A stretch of DNA of 64,000 nucleotides from the NCBI GenBank assembly GCA_964016885.1, contig OZ024762.1, forward strand, positions 17,918,001-17,982,000, written 5' to 3'. Source of the DNA: Eledone cirrhosa. Lineage: Eukaryota. The position numbers and the translations under genes are program-made. Numbering within the stretch: the stretch's first letter is position 1; every line of letters starts with the position of its first letter. This document shows, piece by piece, positions 13,041 to 26,994 of the stretch. The notes below the pieces were generated by a model. The model searched no databases and was not told where the DNA came from. It saw only the letters and a program-made list of their open reading frames with translations.

Positions 13041-13329
13041 TATGATTGATTGTCGGACGGAGAGGACATGCTTTTGTGAGCTGCGTGAGTTTGTGATTTT
13101 TTTCAAATTTTTGCATTCAAATAATTGTTGTATTTTTTGTTGCGAAGGGGTCATAAGACTTCCGTCTGTGCCCTGTGAAAGGGAAACTTGATATTAGGCG
13201 GGCCTTTTGGCCCAAATATTTGAACTTTGTGTCAAAAATGTTTTTGTGTTTTGGGGTTTTTTTTTTCGAAAAATAAAACCCCCAAAAAACATGGCGGTGA
13301 AACAGTGAAACAGTGAAACAAATAAAGGG

Positions 13330-13690
13330 AACAACAACAACAACAGCACCAAGAGCAACAACGAAGTTAAAAACAACAACACCAACTGCAACATCGAAAA
13401 CAACAACAACAGCAGCACCAACAACAACACCAGCTAGAACAGTAACAACAACACCACCAACAACAACACCACCAACAACAACAACACCACCAACAACAAC
13501 AACACCACCAACAACACCAACTACAACGACAACAACACCAACAACAACACCAACAACAACGACAACACCACCAACAACAACACCAACTACAACGACAACA
13601 CCAGCAACGACAACACCACCAACAACAACGACAACACCACCAGCAACAACACCAATAACAGAACCGGTAACACAGACAACAACAAAAACA
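13330..13690. repeat. (ACA/CCA)n low-complexity repeat
   Basis: Trinucleotide mosaic. Confidence 0.85.
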
Positions 13691-13934
13691 CTTTCGCTAC
13701 GGTAATGGACCTCACCGACGAAGATAAAAAGTTGGCCCAGGCCTAGAAGCTCATCAAAGAAGAGTAAACCTGGGCCAACTTAACTGCCCTGGGGGAAGCC
13801 ATACCAGTGGTGAAAAGAAGAACGGTGCATTTCAGATGTATTTCAGCAGAAATACACGGATTAAACGACCCCCCCCCCCAAAAAAAAAAATTGCTGGCCT
13901 TGTACCTATATAAGAAATTATTATTATTATTATT

Positions 13935-14140
13935 GGAGAAGTGGTAGAGCGTCGGACATCATGCTTTGTGGTATAGAGTTACGTCTTTTTATGTTCTGAG
14001 TTCAAATCTCGTCGAGGTTAACTTTGCCTTTCATCCTTACAGAGTTGATGAAATAAAGTACCAGTAATGCACTGGGGTTGATTTAATCGACTGTCCCCTC
14101 CCCCAAATTGCTGGTCTTGTGCCTATAGTAGAAATCATCA
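13935..14140 (+). mobile_element. SINE S1
   Basis: tRNA-like head, GAGTTCAAATC, core and tail. Confidence 0.75.
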
Positions 14141-14147
14141 TCATCAT

Positions 14148-14188
<41 letters not shown>

Positions 14189-14610
14189 CGGTGTCCGTAG
14201 GTTTCCCGTTTGGCTCGGCTTATTTTTTAAATTTATTTCTTACAATCTTTTCTTTTTCAATTTTTGTACGTACCCCCTCCTCCCTGGCTCCAAAATAGAC
14301 GAAGGACGAATAACATTTACAGAATTTAAAGATATATTATTAAAAGAATAAACAATAAATCACACTATATATGTTACATATGAACTGTATATATATATTT
14401 ATATATATCTATGTAATATATATATATATATATATTATATATGTACTGTGCATATATATATATATGTGTGTGTATAAAATACTAATATATAAATAAATGT
14501 TAACGAGAAATAATGAGCGAAAATATAAATATGTATTTTTTTCCTTGTGTTTAAAACATGTATTTACTCACATGTATATATATCTATATATATCTATATA
14601 TATAAACATA

Positions 14611-14679
<69 letters not shown>

Positions 14680-14915
14680 AATATATGTATATATATATAA
14701 AATATATATATGTATATATATGTATGTATGTATATATATAAACATATGTGCAGCATGCGTAAAGAAATACAGATGCACTTGACATGCAGACAAATGCACA
14801 CATACAAACACATGTGTCTAATATTTCTCTTTCTCTCTTTCTCTATTTATTTAACTATATATATAAGAATTCGTATATATATATATATATACATATATAT
14901 ATTTATTTATATGTA

Positions 14916-14962
<47 letters not shown>

Positions 14963-15112
14963 CAAATAAACATATGTTTTTCTCTGTACTCAGAGTTTCA
15001 TGATGGAATCCGATTAAGTAATATTAAGTAATATAAAATACTTCTATGTTTACATAGCGAGGCGAGCATTCTCTCGTAATTACAATTCACACTACGGAAA
15101 CTATTATATATA

Positions 15113-15191
15113 CAGAGTGGCTAAAAAGTCGCCAGACAATTTTAAATGTATTATAATTTGAAAGTGGTCTAGTGACTTTTGAGACACCCTG
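15113..15191. mobile_element. 79-bp Tc1/mariner-type MITE
   Basis: TA-CAGAGTGGCTAAAAAGTC ... GACTTTTGAGACACCCTG-TA: imperfect TIRs with TA on both flanks. Confidence 0.6.
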
Positions 15192-15196
15192 TATGC

Positions 15197-15247
<51 letters not shown>

Positions 15248-15248
<1 letters not shown>

Positions 15249-15497
15249 GTGTGTATAATGGTAGCTATGGTGCTTCCATAGGCGGTATGCCAAAATTGGC
15301 ACTCAATATTCTTACAGAGCAGAGTGTGAATAGTATGAAAATTTACTCCGAAAGAATTGCATGTGTCTGAAGGAACCTGCAGCCGTAGAATCAGCCAGAT
15401 CCATAAAGTGATCATGTCTCGAACTACCTGCCGGCGAAACAATTGTAACACGCAATAAACTGAGTCCAGATTCATCACTGATTTTTCGTTTTTTTTA

Positions 15498-15501
<4 letters not shown>
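15248..15501. mobile_element. (TA)n-embedded element, family I
   Basis: Minus-strand tail (also at 27822-27898) joined to a plus-strand hammerhead arm. Confidence 0.65.
15362..15452 (+). ncRNA. Hammerhead-like fold with variant core (family I)
   Basis: TGTGT-CTGAAGG-long insert-GAAA-CAATTG-TA-ACACG; core A9 replaced by G. Confidence 0.5.
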
Positions 15502-15557
<56 letters not shown>

Positions 15558-15596
15558 ATATTAAATAAATGGAAACTATATTTATAAAACCATATT

Positions 15597-15659
15597 TATT
15601 TTATTATATATATTTCAAGGGCACCAAAACACATTGGTACGCTTTCATCAGATAAAATA
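15597..15659 (-). ncRNA. Type I hammerhead ribozyme (family C, antisense arm)
   Basis: Reverse complement of 15787-15849. Confidence 0.85.
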
Positions 15660-15786
15660 CAAAGTTTGTTTTATAAATAGAGACATACCCATGAAAATCA
15701 TACCTTATCGGTTGGATATTCACTGGATAGTCAACCGATAAGGTATGATTTTCATGGGTATGTCTCTATTTATAAAACAAACTTTG

Positions 15787-15849
15787 TATTTTATCTGATG
15801 AAAGCGTACCAATGTGTTTTGGTGCCCTTGAAATATATATAATAAAATA
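15787..15849 (+). ncRNA. Type I hammerhead ribozyme (family C)
   Basis: TATTTTAT-CTGATGA-AAG.GTACCA..TGGTGC.CTT-GAAA-TATATA-TA-ATAAAATA. Confidence 0.85.
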
Positions 15850-15989
15850 AATATGGTTTTATAAATATAGTTTCCATTTATTTAATATCATTGAATATTT
15901 ACTCCAGTAACTTGTTGAGTGCTCTAAATCAGTTATAAACATTTATATTTGTCGGACTTCCAACAAATTAAATACCCCTTCTACTTATA

Positions 15990-16076
<87 letters not shown>

Positions 16077-16079
<3 letters not shown>

Positions 16080-16239
16080 AGGTGATTCCGAAGAAAAGGC
16101 AAAGAAAAAAGAGTGCTCTATGTATAGAACAGAGCTATTTAATTAGAAAGTGAACAACACAATATATAATCCATTACCAAAGGTTTCAGGACTATAGACA
16201 ATATTGACATACGTCTAGATCGTTCATCAGGCAGAGATG

Positions 16240-16241
<2 letters not shown>
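16077..16241 (-). mobile_element. Family E-like insert with a decayed hammerhead (16170-16235)
   Basis: Minus strand CTGATGA...GAAA-CCTTTGG-TA with weak stem I; tail similar to 5285-5346. Confidence 0.55.
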
Positions 16242-16280
<39 letters not shown>

Positions 16281-16468
16281 GGTTTGTTGGTTCACCACTG
16301 GATAGAACTGGTCATTCCGTATGGTCAACCTTGATGTAATATTATGGAGAGTACTCAACGTAATGCAACTCACCCGTCTTCGTTTGTGTAGTTGGTGGTG
16401 CGAGTACGGAGTTAATTATTATAAAATAACAGGAGGCTGGACTGGTGTAAATCCTTGAAAGGTTTATT

Positions 16469-16526
16469 ATACTATGATCATTTCAATGACCGGGTTCAGT
16501 ATGAATCCGGTGACATCATCAGGTAT
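16469..16526 (-). ncRNA. Type I hammerhead ribozyme (family F)
   Basis: ATAC-CTGATGA-..ACCGG.TTCA..TGAA.CCGGT..-GAAA-TGATCA-TA-GTAT, within an element running to (TA)n at 16278. Confidence 0.8.
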
Positions 16527-17104
16527 TCAAAATATAACAAAGGAATATAACAGATAAAATCCATGGGGCTGAAAATCAGAGACAAGAGGACGACCGACTA
16601 TTTAGCAGCTTCTCCCTCAGAAACATAGACACACACACGCGCAGAGACTTGCACCATTTCCGTACACACGCAACTACACACCTTACACGAACCCACATCA
16701 CCTACAGACATATCACGCATTCCCCTTCTTTTAACCACACAAACACACACACACATGCACATGCACATCTACACATACATCCATACTTCACCCCACACCG
16801 CCTCCCGATTTGACACGATTTCATATCATCCCATCTGTCCCCCTCCATCCACACACACACATACACACACCCACACCCACATACACACACACCTACACCC
16901 ATACAAGGACTATACACACACAGACATACACCCCACTGCAACACACACACACAATCACATACACTTACATCCACACATCCATCCATACACTCACACACTT
17001 ACATCCACACATACACACTCACATTTACATCTTATACATACACACACACACATCCACACACACACCTTACCTTCCGCCGTCGACGCTCCGACTCTAATTT
17101 TTTT

Positions 17105-17610
17105 GCTAACTCTACCTCCCCCTCCCCTCCCTCCCTGGTCCTATCCTAACTCTACCTCCCCCTCCCTCCCTGGTCCTATCCTAACTCTACCTCCCCCTCC
17201 CTCCATGGTCCTATCCTAACTCTACCTCCCCCTCCCCTACATCCATAGAGTTTAGAAAGGACCAGGAATAGAGGGAGGGGTGGGGGGTAGAGTTATGATA
17301 GGATGTAGGGGCGGGGGAGAGGGAGGTATGACGGGACCAGAGTTGTAGGGTGGGGCGGGGGGGGGGTAGAGTTATGATAGGATGTAGGGGAGGGGGAGAG
17401 GGAGGTATGACAGGACCAGAAATGTAGGGGGTGGGGAGGGGAAGGTAGAGTTATGATAGGATGTAGGGGAGGGGGCAGGTATGATAGGACCAGCGTTATA
17501 GGGGAGGGGGGAGGGGGTTAGAGTTATGATAGGATGTAGAAGTGACAGGGAGAGGGGGAGTTATGTTAGGACCAGGGGTGGAGGGAAGGGGGAGGTAGAG
17601 TTATGTAGGA
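17105..17610. repeat. Opposed C-rich and G-rich minisatellite arrays
   Basis: CCTATCCTAACTCTACCTCCCC units followed by reverse-complement-like GGTAGAGTTATGATAGGA units. Confidence 0.7.
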
Positions 17611-18186
17611 GTGACAAGGGGAGAGAACTAATCATATCACTTTACTTTTTTATTATATATCTTAAATTAATTTCCTCCTTTTTTGCTCTCTTTTTCTTTG
17701 TATTTTCGTTGTTTTTATTGTTTGTTTATTTATTATGTATTCTTTTAAATTTATTTTTTTATTCCTATTTTTTATTATCATTTTGTTATTGTTATTATTA
17801 TTATTTTGTTATTATTTTGTTATTGTTATTATTATTATTTTGTTATTATTTTATTGTATTTATTTATCATTCTGTCACATCCTTCCTTTCTGTTCTGCTA
17901 CATTCCAAAATATGAATGAAAAGACATTTAATATTCCAAAGCAAACTGAAATGCCTCCTTATCCGCCTTCCACCGTCGCCGCCACCACCTTCCACCACCG
18001 CGACCGTGCCACCACCAACAACCAACACCCCCCCCACACTCGGCTAACACCGCTGCCGTCACCACTATCCCTACCACTATCACTCCAAGCCCCATCGACA
18101 CTACGCCTCACACACCAAACTAAAATTGTCTATATATATATATATATAATATATATATATATATAATATAGTTTTAATATAGATGA

Positions 18187-18235
18187 GATTCTACAGGACT
18201 AGAACTGTTTCATTCATTTGAAATCATCAGGAATC
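18187..18235 (-). ncRNA. Type I hammerhead ribozyme (family B, antisense arm)
   Basis: Reverse complement of 18240-18288. Confidence 0.85.
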
Positions 18236-18239
18236 ACCC

Positions 18240-18288
18240 GATTCCTGATGATTTCAAATGAATGAAACAGTTCTAGTCCTGTAGAATC
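18240..18288 (+). ncRNA. Type I hammerhead ribozyme (family B)
   Basis: GATTC-CTGATGA-TTTCAAATGAAT-GAA-ACAG-TTCTAGTC-CTGT-A-GAATC. Confidence 0.85.
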
Positions 18289-18372
18289 TCATCTATATTA
18301 AAACTGTTATACTCTGCTATGTATTGAGTACCTTACTTACTGTGGTTACCTCCGATTCAACCCGGAATAACG

Positions 18373-18418
<46 letters not shown>

Positions 18419-18608
18419 ATGTGTGTGTCTGCGTGTGTGTGTTGTTAGGTGGGAAACTTGTAGTTATTAGTGGTGATGCTGGTTGAAGCACTCGATACTA
18501 TAACTGTGTCCGTCCCTCATTGGGTTGCGCCCCACGTTTAAGGCTGCTGTAGTTTGCAGAGTGTATATAAAGTGATAATAAGAATTGCAGCTTTTTGTAA
18601 ACTTTATA

Positions 18609-18697
18609 TCATATTACAATTTGTTTCCATATCAATCAGCTCGGGTTTGATCATACGATCGGATCCCGGCTCTTAATCGACATTTCTTCAGATATGA
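18609..18697 (-). ncRNA. Type I hammerhead ribozyme with long stem II (family G)
   Basis: TCATAT-CTGAAGA-extended hairpin-GAAA-CAAATTG-TA-ATATGA. Confidence 0.8.
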
Positions 18698-18736
18698 GAG
18701 TTTACATGATATATATATATATATATATATATATAT

Positions 18737-18895
18737 GGGAAAATGTTTAACCCCATAGAGGTCAAGTCGTTTCGACAGCTATTTCTGCGTCCAGAAATAG
18801 CTGTCGAAACGGCTTTAGCTCTGCTGTCAGGGTTAAACATTTTCCTATTACCCACTCTACTACCCTAAGTATTGAGTACTCTCAATACTTAGGGT
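18737..18895 (+). mobile_element. Family A fold-back insert
   Basis: Homology to 3925-4114. Confidence 0.7.
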
Positions 18896-19053
18896 ATTTA
18901 TCTACTATTTCTTCATAGGTGCCTTTTAATCTTATAGCCAGGTCTAATTGATTTTTGTGTGTGGTTAATTATGCTAATTGGGAGAGGAAATGGTGTATAT
19001 ATATTATCAAATGATTCTATGGACATACTTTATATTATATATATATTATTTAG

Positions 19054-19091
<38 letters not shown>

Positions 19092-19093
<2 letters not shown>

Positions 19094-19570
19094 TAACTGG
19101 TCCGTCCGGCTGGTGCCCGGTTACCATTGGCGTGTTCTGCGGCATCCAGATATATATGTATAGCTGTTGAAAACATGTAGTGTAGTATTACTGTTGAACA
19201 TATGTACACGAATATATAATTATATATATATATATATAAATATAATTAATTAAAAGTTGGTTAGAAGCGAAGTCAATGCAGACAAGCAGACTTACGGACA
19301 GATATTATAGCTATGTATCTATCTAAAAAGACAGACTAAGAAAGAGAGAGATCGCTAACCGAAAGTGTTGACATTTTAAAATTTTAAAGAAGTGAATATT
19401 TAAATAAACAATAAAATATCTTTAATCTTTTAACCAAATTTAGAAGACAAAAATACCCTCACTTTCTTGGAAAAAGTTACATCTATGGTGCAAATTTAAT
19501 GCTGTTTGGTGCAGCCATTTGGCGAAAAGTTTGTTACATACATACGGGCGTCAGCTTTATAATATAGATA
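19092..19570 (+). mobile_element. Possible Helentron/HINE-like non-autonomous element
   Basis: Starts ACTAAC..CCGG..CCGG hairpin, ends CTTTATAATATAGAT; layout similar to 57663-58450. Confidence 0.35.
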
Positions 19571-20020
19571 TCATATATATTATATATATATTAATTATAT
19601 ATATATATATATATACATCCTAAATGCAAAAAATAAAATAAAACAAACATTATAATAATGATAAAAATAATTGTAGTCCCTTGCAAAAATAATTGTACCC
19701 AACATACGAAGTGTAAAAAAAAAGAACCGGGAAAAATACCATCCACAATCATTTGCACACGGAAAGTGTCCGATTTAAAATCTTTCGACATTATAAATTC
19801 TTGTGTTTTTCTGGTTTCTTAATTGTTCAGTGATTTCTACATAAGAAAATAGTTGATTAAACCCCGAATTTCAGGGACGTTAAGTGCATGTAGGCATATT
19901 GTTATCGAAGACGTTGACGTCACGTTCCAAGTGGTTCTTTCTGGCACGCAAGAAATTAAAATATCCAAAAAATCAGGTCAAGTCTGACAGAACCAACTGC
20001 TTGGAATTTATATACAGATG

Positions 20021-20157
<137 letters not shown>

Positions 20158-20301
20158 GTATATAAATAGATCACTTTCTATATATATGTATGCATATATA
20201 TATATATGTGTGTGTGTATAAATATATATATAAATATAATATTTATATTATATATATATTATATATAATATATATAACATTAAATATATATATATTTATA
20301 T

Positions 20302-20349
<48 letters not shown>

Positions 20350-20416
20350 ATAATAATAAATTTGAATTCCGTTAAGGGTGAAAGCAGCGATTCTTTGCTT
20401 AAACTTTAATCTGTTA

Positions 20417-20470
<54 letters not shown>

Positions 20471-20472
<2 letters not shown>

Positions 20473-20693
20473 AAATTGTTCAAGACACCGACGGCAGAGC
20501 TCAAGCCGTTTCGGCGGTTATTTCTGGACTAAATTAGATTTAAAAAATCTAAAAATCTAATTTAGTCAAGTGGAAACGGCTTGAGCTCTGCTGTCGGGGT
20601 CTTGAACAATTTCTTATTACCTACTCTACTACCCTAAGTATTGAGTACTCTGGTGCGTTATGCTCCACCTGGTCCCTTACCACACTTCCTTCG

Positions 20694-20694
<1 letters not shown>
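20471..20694 (+). mobile_element. Family A fold-back insert
   Basis: Homology to 3925-4114, flanked by (TA)n. Confidence 0.75.
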
Positions 20695-20739
<45 letters not shown>

Positions 20740-20776
20740 TAAAATAGGGGATTTTAGTCTTCAAATTTATTATTAT

Positions 20777-20828
<52 letters not shown>

Positions 20829-21395
20829 CGAAAGCAAATGAAACCCTAAGGGGTAGAAACGTAATCCTGGTATGTTTATATGAATTTTTTTTTCTAACTT
20901 TAATTTTATACCTAATTGTGTATGGTTGACGATATATTTAATCGATTTCCACGTGCTATTGAAATGCTGGGTAAATATTATATAGTTGTTGATCGCGAAT
21001 AGATGGCTGTCGTTTATTTATCTATTATTTCTTCCTAGGTGCCTTTTAATCTTATAGCCTGGTTTAATTGTTTTTTTGTGTGGTTGATTATGTTGATTGG
21101 GAGAGGAAATAGTGTATATATCTTATCAAATGATTCTCTGGACATAATTTATAGTATATATTTGTTTCTTTCTTCTTCATCACTTTCTGTTGCTTAAACC
21201 ATTTTGTTTGTTTACCCTAGCGTCCCCTTTATTTACGTGTCCCAACGACTTTTTTTAGCCGTTGCTCGCACCAACCTGAGGTATATGGCCTTTAAAGTGA
21301 CGAAATGCCTACGATGGTTGGAAGGCCACTGATGAAGGACAAACTTTTTCATATGTAACCCATTTGCAACGCCGCAGCTCCATTATTATCATATT

Positions 21396-21442
<47 letters not shown>

Positions 21443-21559
21443 CATACATTTAAACTAAAGGTTTGATTATACAGCAAATTATTTTTTTGCCTATTTTCAC
21501 GTTTTGGGACATACTACATGTTAGCTGGCAAGTAGTGGAGGGTGCACATCATGGTTGCT

Positions 21560-21765
21560 GGTTTAGGCACAAGGGTAACAATTTTGGGGATAGGGGAAAA
21601 TAGATTAAATCAACGCCAGTGCATAACTGGTACTTTATTTTATCGAGCCTGTAACGATGAAAGGCAAAGCTAACCCCGGCAGAGATTTGAATTTAAAACG
21701 TAAAATTCCGTAACTCAATGCCACAAAACATGTTATCCAGCGCTCTTTCGATAATGCCAATCTAC

Positions 21766-21799
<34 letters not shown>

Positions 21800-22112
21800 T
21801 GTTTCTACTTGAGGCACAAGGCCAGCAATTACCCAGTGCATTACTGGTACTTTATTTTATCGACCCCGTAAGGATGAAAGGCAAAGTTAACCTCGGCGGG
21901 ATTTGAATTCAGACCATAAAGGGCGGTGGATTGGCAGAATCGGTAGAGGGTCGGACGCCATGCTTTGCAGCAAAGAGTTACGGCCCTTTATGGTCTGAGT
22001 TCAAATCCCACCGAGGTTAACTTTGCCTTTCATCCTTACGGGGTCGATAAAATAAAGTAGCAGTAATGTACTGGGATAATTGCTAGCCTTGTGCCAAAAA
22101 TAGAAACAATTA
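21560..22112. mobile_element. SINE S1 cluster (two minus copies, one plus copy head-to-head)
   Basis: Core motif on both strands; strand switch near 21922. Confidence 0.75.
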
Positions 22113-22279
22113 TTTTTGTTACAAATTTCATACTTGACGAGCCAATATCTGTACACCATCTTTCATTCGCCATCTTGTCTTTCCTCCACAGTTTTGCTCT
22201 ACACTAAATGACACCCCACCGCCGGATACCTCCTCCTTTTAATTGTCTTACGTGCTCTATAAGACAACACTCAAGCTTA

Positions 22280-22600
22280 TATATCCACACCCAGACACCC
22301 AGACACACAAACATACATATTCACACACAGACACAAACATACATATTCAAAGACACACAGACATACAAACATACATATTCAAAGACACACAGACATACAA
22401 ACATAGATATTCAAAGACACACAGACATACAAACATACATATTCAAAGACACACAGACACAAACATACATATTCAAAGACACACAGACATACAAACATAC
22501 ATATTCAAAGACACACAGACATACAAACATACATATTCAAAGACACCCAGACACACAGACATAGATATTTGCAGACACACAGACATACAGACAGACACGT
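22280..22600. repeat. ~32-bp CA-rich minisatellite
   Basis: ACACAGACATACAAACATACATATTCAAAGAC units. Confidence 0.8.
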
Positions 22601-23558
22601 GTACAGATATATATGCAACATCTGCCCTGCACCCCCAATAAAAAAAAGTACATACACATAACGTCACGTAAGCACAATGCTCACACGACCGACGTGTTCA
22701 GCAAGAATATATACACATATATACATACGTACGTACATACATATATATATATATGCATACATATACACGTATATACATGCATACATATACACGTATATAC
22801 ATGCATACATATACACGTATATACATACACACATATACACATACACACATATATACATACATATATATATACATACATATATACACACATACATACATAT
22901 ACACATATATACATACATATACACATGCATACATACATATACATACGTACGTGCATACATACACATATATACATATATACATTCATATATACATACATAC
23001 ATATATATATTCATATATGCGTACATGCATATACATACATACGAGTATATATACATATATATATATACATACATATACACATATATCCATACATAGACAC
23101 ATATATCCATACATAGATACATATATACATACATACATACATATATATATATACATACATACATGCACACATACATATACATACATACGTACGTGCATAC
23201 ATACATAGACACATATATACATACATATATATATATTCATACATGCATACATACATATACATACATACGTACCTGCATACATACATACATATATATATAT
23301 ACATACATACATACATATATACATATTTACATACATACAGACACACACACACACACACACATATGGGTGTTTATGTGTGTGTGTGTTTATATACATTCTA
23401 AATATTGTTCTTTCAGTGTTGACCTTATTTAGGATATTTTGACCTAGTTTCAAAAGCAGAGAGAGACAGAGAGAGAAAGAGGAGGAAAGAGAGAGGAGAT
23501 GAGAGAAAGAGAGAGGAGATGAGAGAGAAAGAGAGAGGAGATGAGAGAAAGAGAGAGA

Positions 23559-23626
<68 letters not shown>

Positions 23627-23724
23627 TAAAGAAAGGAATGAAGACAAAGAGTGAGAGTTAAAGACTTAAATATATAAAATATGGCAAGACTTGAAATTAA
23701 AAACATAAACTGCATAAAAGTAAT

Positions 23725-24310
23725 GATTGCTTCTACTTTAGGCACAAGGCCAGCAATTTGAAGGGGAGGGGGACGTCGATTAATTCGACCCCAGTGCATT
23801 ACTGGTACTTTATTTTATTGACCCCCGTAAGAATGAAAGGTAAAGCTAACCTTGGCAGGATTTTAACTCAGAACATAAAAGGACGTAACTATATGCCACA
23901 AAGCATGATGTCCAACGCTCTACCAATAATAATTGTTTCTACTTTTGACACAAGGCCAGCAATTATCCCCGTGTATTACTGGTACTTTATTTTCTCGACC
24001 CCCGTAAGGATGACAGGCAAAGTTGACCTCGGCGGAATTTGAACTCAGAATGGCAAGGGCCGTAACTCTATGCGTCAAAGCATGGCGTCCGACCCTCTAC
24101 CGATACTGCCAATCAACCAATAATAATTGTTTCTACTTTTGGCACAAGGCCAGCAATTATCCCCGTGTATTACTGGTACTTTATTTTCTCGACCCCCCGT
24201 AAGGATGAAAGGCAAAGTTGACCTCGGCGGGATTTGAACTCAGAATGGCAAGGGCCATAACTCTATGCGTCAAAGCATGGCGTGCGACCCTCTACCGATA
24301 CTGCCAATCA
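23725..24310 (-). mobile_element. Three tandem SINE S1 copies
   Basis: Three consecutive minus-strand cores with tails. Confidence 0.8.
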
Positions 24311-24344
24311 CCCAATAATAATGATAATAATTGTTTCTACTATA

Positions 24345-24700
24345 GGCACAAGGGCCGACATGTAGGGGACAATACAAAGACACGGACGGTGGGGGTTTAC
24401 AATAAACTCGACTAAAAGTGCACAATGGCAAAAACAATTTAACAATGAAAATATAAAATAAACTATGCATAAATATAACAAACTAGATTCCCCAATAGAA
24501 GGGTGGACGACCCAAGGGTGACTCAGGTGCCTCACCAATCCTGAACCACCTGATGCTTCTAGGGTACCCGGGGAGGGCACCCCTCTCCTCCTCAAATTAA
24601 CCAGCCTATAGGCGCTTGGTCAGAGTAGGCACACTCACACGGGCCATTCTCGCCACATTCATCCACCTTTTAGCAAATGTACTGGGGGCGGGGCAGCTCT
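24345..24700 (-). mobile_element. Dispersed repeat, possibly a LINE 3' end
   Basis: Homologous segments at 33380-33495, 41980-42280 and 45055-45105; minus frame ends FAKRWMNVARMARV. Confidence 0.4.
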
Positions 24701-24789
24701 TCTCTCTCCACCCACACCTTCCTTTCCAAGTAAAAAAGTTGATGAAGTATTGGCCGAAGGGAAAAGTGTTTCTTTTCAGTCCTTTCAAT

Positions 24790-25393
24790 AATAATTGTTT
24801 CCATTTTTGGCACAAGGCCAGCAATTATCCCAGTGCATTACTGGTACTTTATTTTATCCACCCCCGTAAGGATGAAAGGCAAAGTTAACCTCGGCGGGAT
24901 TTGAACTCAGAATGGCAAGGGCCGTAACTCTATGTTGCAAAGCATGGCGTCGGACCCTCTACCGATACTGCCAATCTACCGCCAGTAATAATGGTTTCTT
25001 AAATAGGCACAAGGCCAGCAAGTTTGGGGGTGGAGGAAAGTCGATTAAATCGATCCCAGACAGTACATTACTGGTATTTTATTTTATCGACCTCGTAAGG
25101 ATGAACGGCAAAGTTAACCTCGGCGGGATTTGAACTCAGGCCGTAAAGGGACGTAACTCTCTGCCGCAAAGCATGGTGTCCGACCCTCAATCGATACTGC
25201 CAATCCACGACGATGGCAGCCATTGCATGACGGTGACAACAGCAACATGGACGACTTCATTAACATAAAAACAAACACATTTCCTATATACACCATTGAA
25301 AAACTTTAAAAATCTGTAAATAAAGAAAACGAAATGTTTGGGGCGTGGTCACAGATTAAAAAGTACATTGATATATGATAGGCATATAACATT

Positions 25394-25451
<58 letters not shown>

Positions 25452-25680
25452 TGTGTCTGTGGTTGACGGCTAAGAGAAAAGACTACTCAATAATTGTTTC
25501 TACTTTTGGCACAAGGCCAGCAATTACCCAGTACATTACTGGTACTTTATTTTACCGACCCCGTAAGGATGAAAGGCAAAGTGAACCTCGGCGGGATTTG
25601 AACTCAGATCGTAAAGGGACGTAACTATGCTGGAAAGCATGGCGTCCGACTCTCTACTGATACTGCCAATCCACCGCCCT
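24790..25680 (-). mobile_element. Three SINE S1 copies
   Basis: Cores near 24860, 25090 and 25560. Confidence 0.8.
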
Positions 25681-25795
25681 ACTCAATAATGGAGGAGCGT
25701 TAGAATATTCATTTTATTAAGGCTAAAGAGTGAGTCTTATTACTCTGGAGTTTCGTCTGTTTATCGCAGCTTTATCTGTATATATATAGAAGTAG

Positions 25796-25836
<41 letters not shown>

Positions 25837-25864
25837 AACAAAAGATGGTTAAAAGAGTTCCATG

Positions 25865-25935
25865 TATTTTATTATGCGCATTTCAAAAACAAATATCATC
25901 ATGCAATAATATTTGTGTTTTCATCAGATAAAACA
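25865..25935 (-). ncRNA. Type I hammerhead ribozyme (family D)
   Basis: Reverse complement of 4361-4431, inside insert 25834-26114. Confidence 0.85.
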
Positions 25936-26111
25936 GGAAGACATGATATGAAGATTAAAAACCCTTGTGGATAGTTCAGTTTTAAATCAACAGTTCAGTT
26001 TTAACCATCTTTTGTTCTTATATATTATGTATACTCCAGTCCTACAAACTGTAGAGTGCTTCTTATCCGATGTCTGCATTGCTTTATTGTACTACAATAA
26101 AACTCACCTCC

Positions 26112-26146
<35 letters not shown>

Positions 26147-26846
26147 GAACATGCAAGAGAGATAAACACAAATATAAACATACATGTTTTTCGAATTGTA
26201 AAGGACTAGATTTGCTAGGGTGAAAAAATACTAACTCCAACAATATGGTTTGCCAATATATGTATAACCAAAGATTAATATGGTTCATTGATTACTCAAT
26301 GAATATAGTTTTACAATAGATTAAAAGCACTCTACAAAAATGTTTTCTGGAGTTATTAATATTATTCAGAATATTAATAAATGAAGACATTCACATAATC
26401 AAAATATATGTTTTATTATAGTATGCTAGGGAAAGGATCAGGGGTGTATAACACTCCACTTATCCAGCAGGCAGTATGTTTTATTATATACATTTCGAAG
26501 GTACTGTGTTGTTTTTTCAGTAAGTCCTCAATATATTTGAAAGAAAAATATAATAGTATAACACCAGTGTATATGTATATGTATATATATGGGGAAAGAG
26601 TCAAGACCCCGACGGCTGAGCGCCGGCCATTTCGACAGCTAGATCTGAACGTTCATATATATACATATATATTTATATATAATATATATTATAATATATA
26701 TAATGTATATATATATAATATATATATATAATATATATATATAATATAATATATATATATAATATATATAATATATATATAATATATATATATATATAAT
26801 ATATATATATATATAATATATATATATATAGATAGATATATATTAT

Positions 26847-26901
<55 letters not shown>

Positions 26902-26994
26902 GGAACGATCGACTTTCGTCAAATCGGACCGACGGAACAATGTTTCCGTTGGTCTTTCCAATTGCTAATACTATCTATCGGTCACAACTCCAGG

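Larger units (their letters stand above)
15553..15986. mobile_element. (TA)n-embedded fold-back element, family C (~160-bp arms)
   Basis: Inverted repeat 15553-15713 / 15731-15893 plus tail to 15986. Confidence 0.85.

Noticed and set aside
13313-13705. Mucin-like Thr/Pro ORF
   Set aside because: Explained by the (ACA/CCA)n repeat; no splice or domain support
13700-13850. Possible Ty3/gypsy RT crumb (KKNGAFQM)
   Set aside because: Too short and frameshifted to support
21325-21385. CTGATGA...GCAA in insert 20828-21400
   Set aside because: GAAA is mutated and the stems are unconvincing; at most a decayed hammerhead
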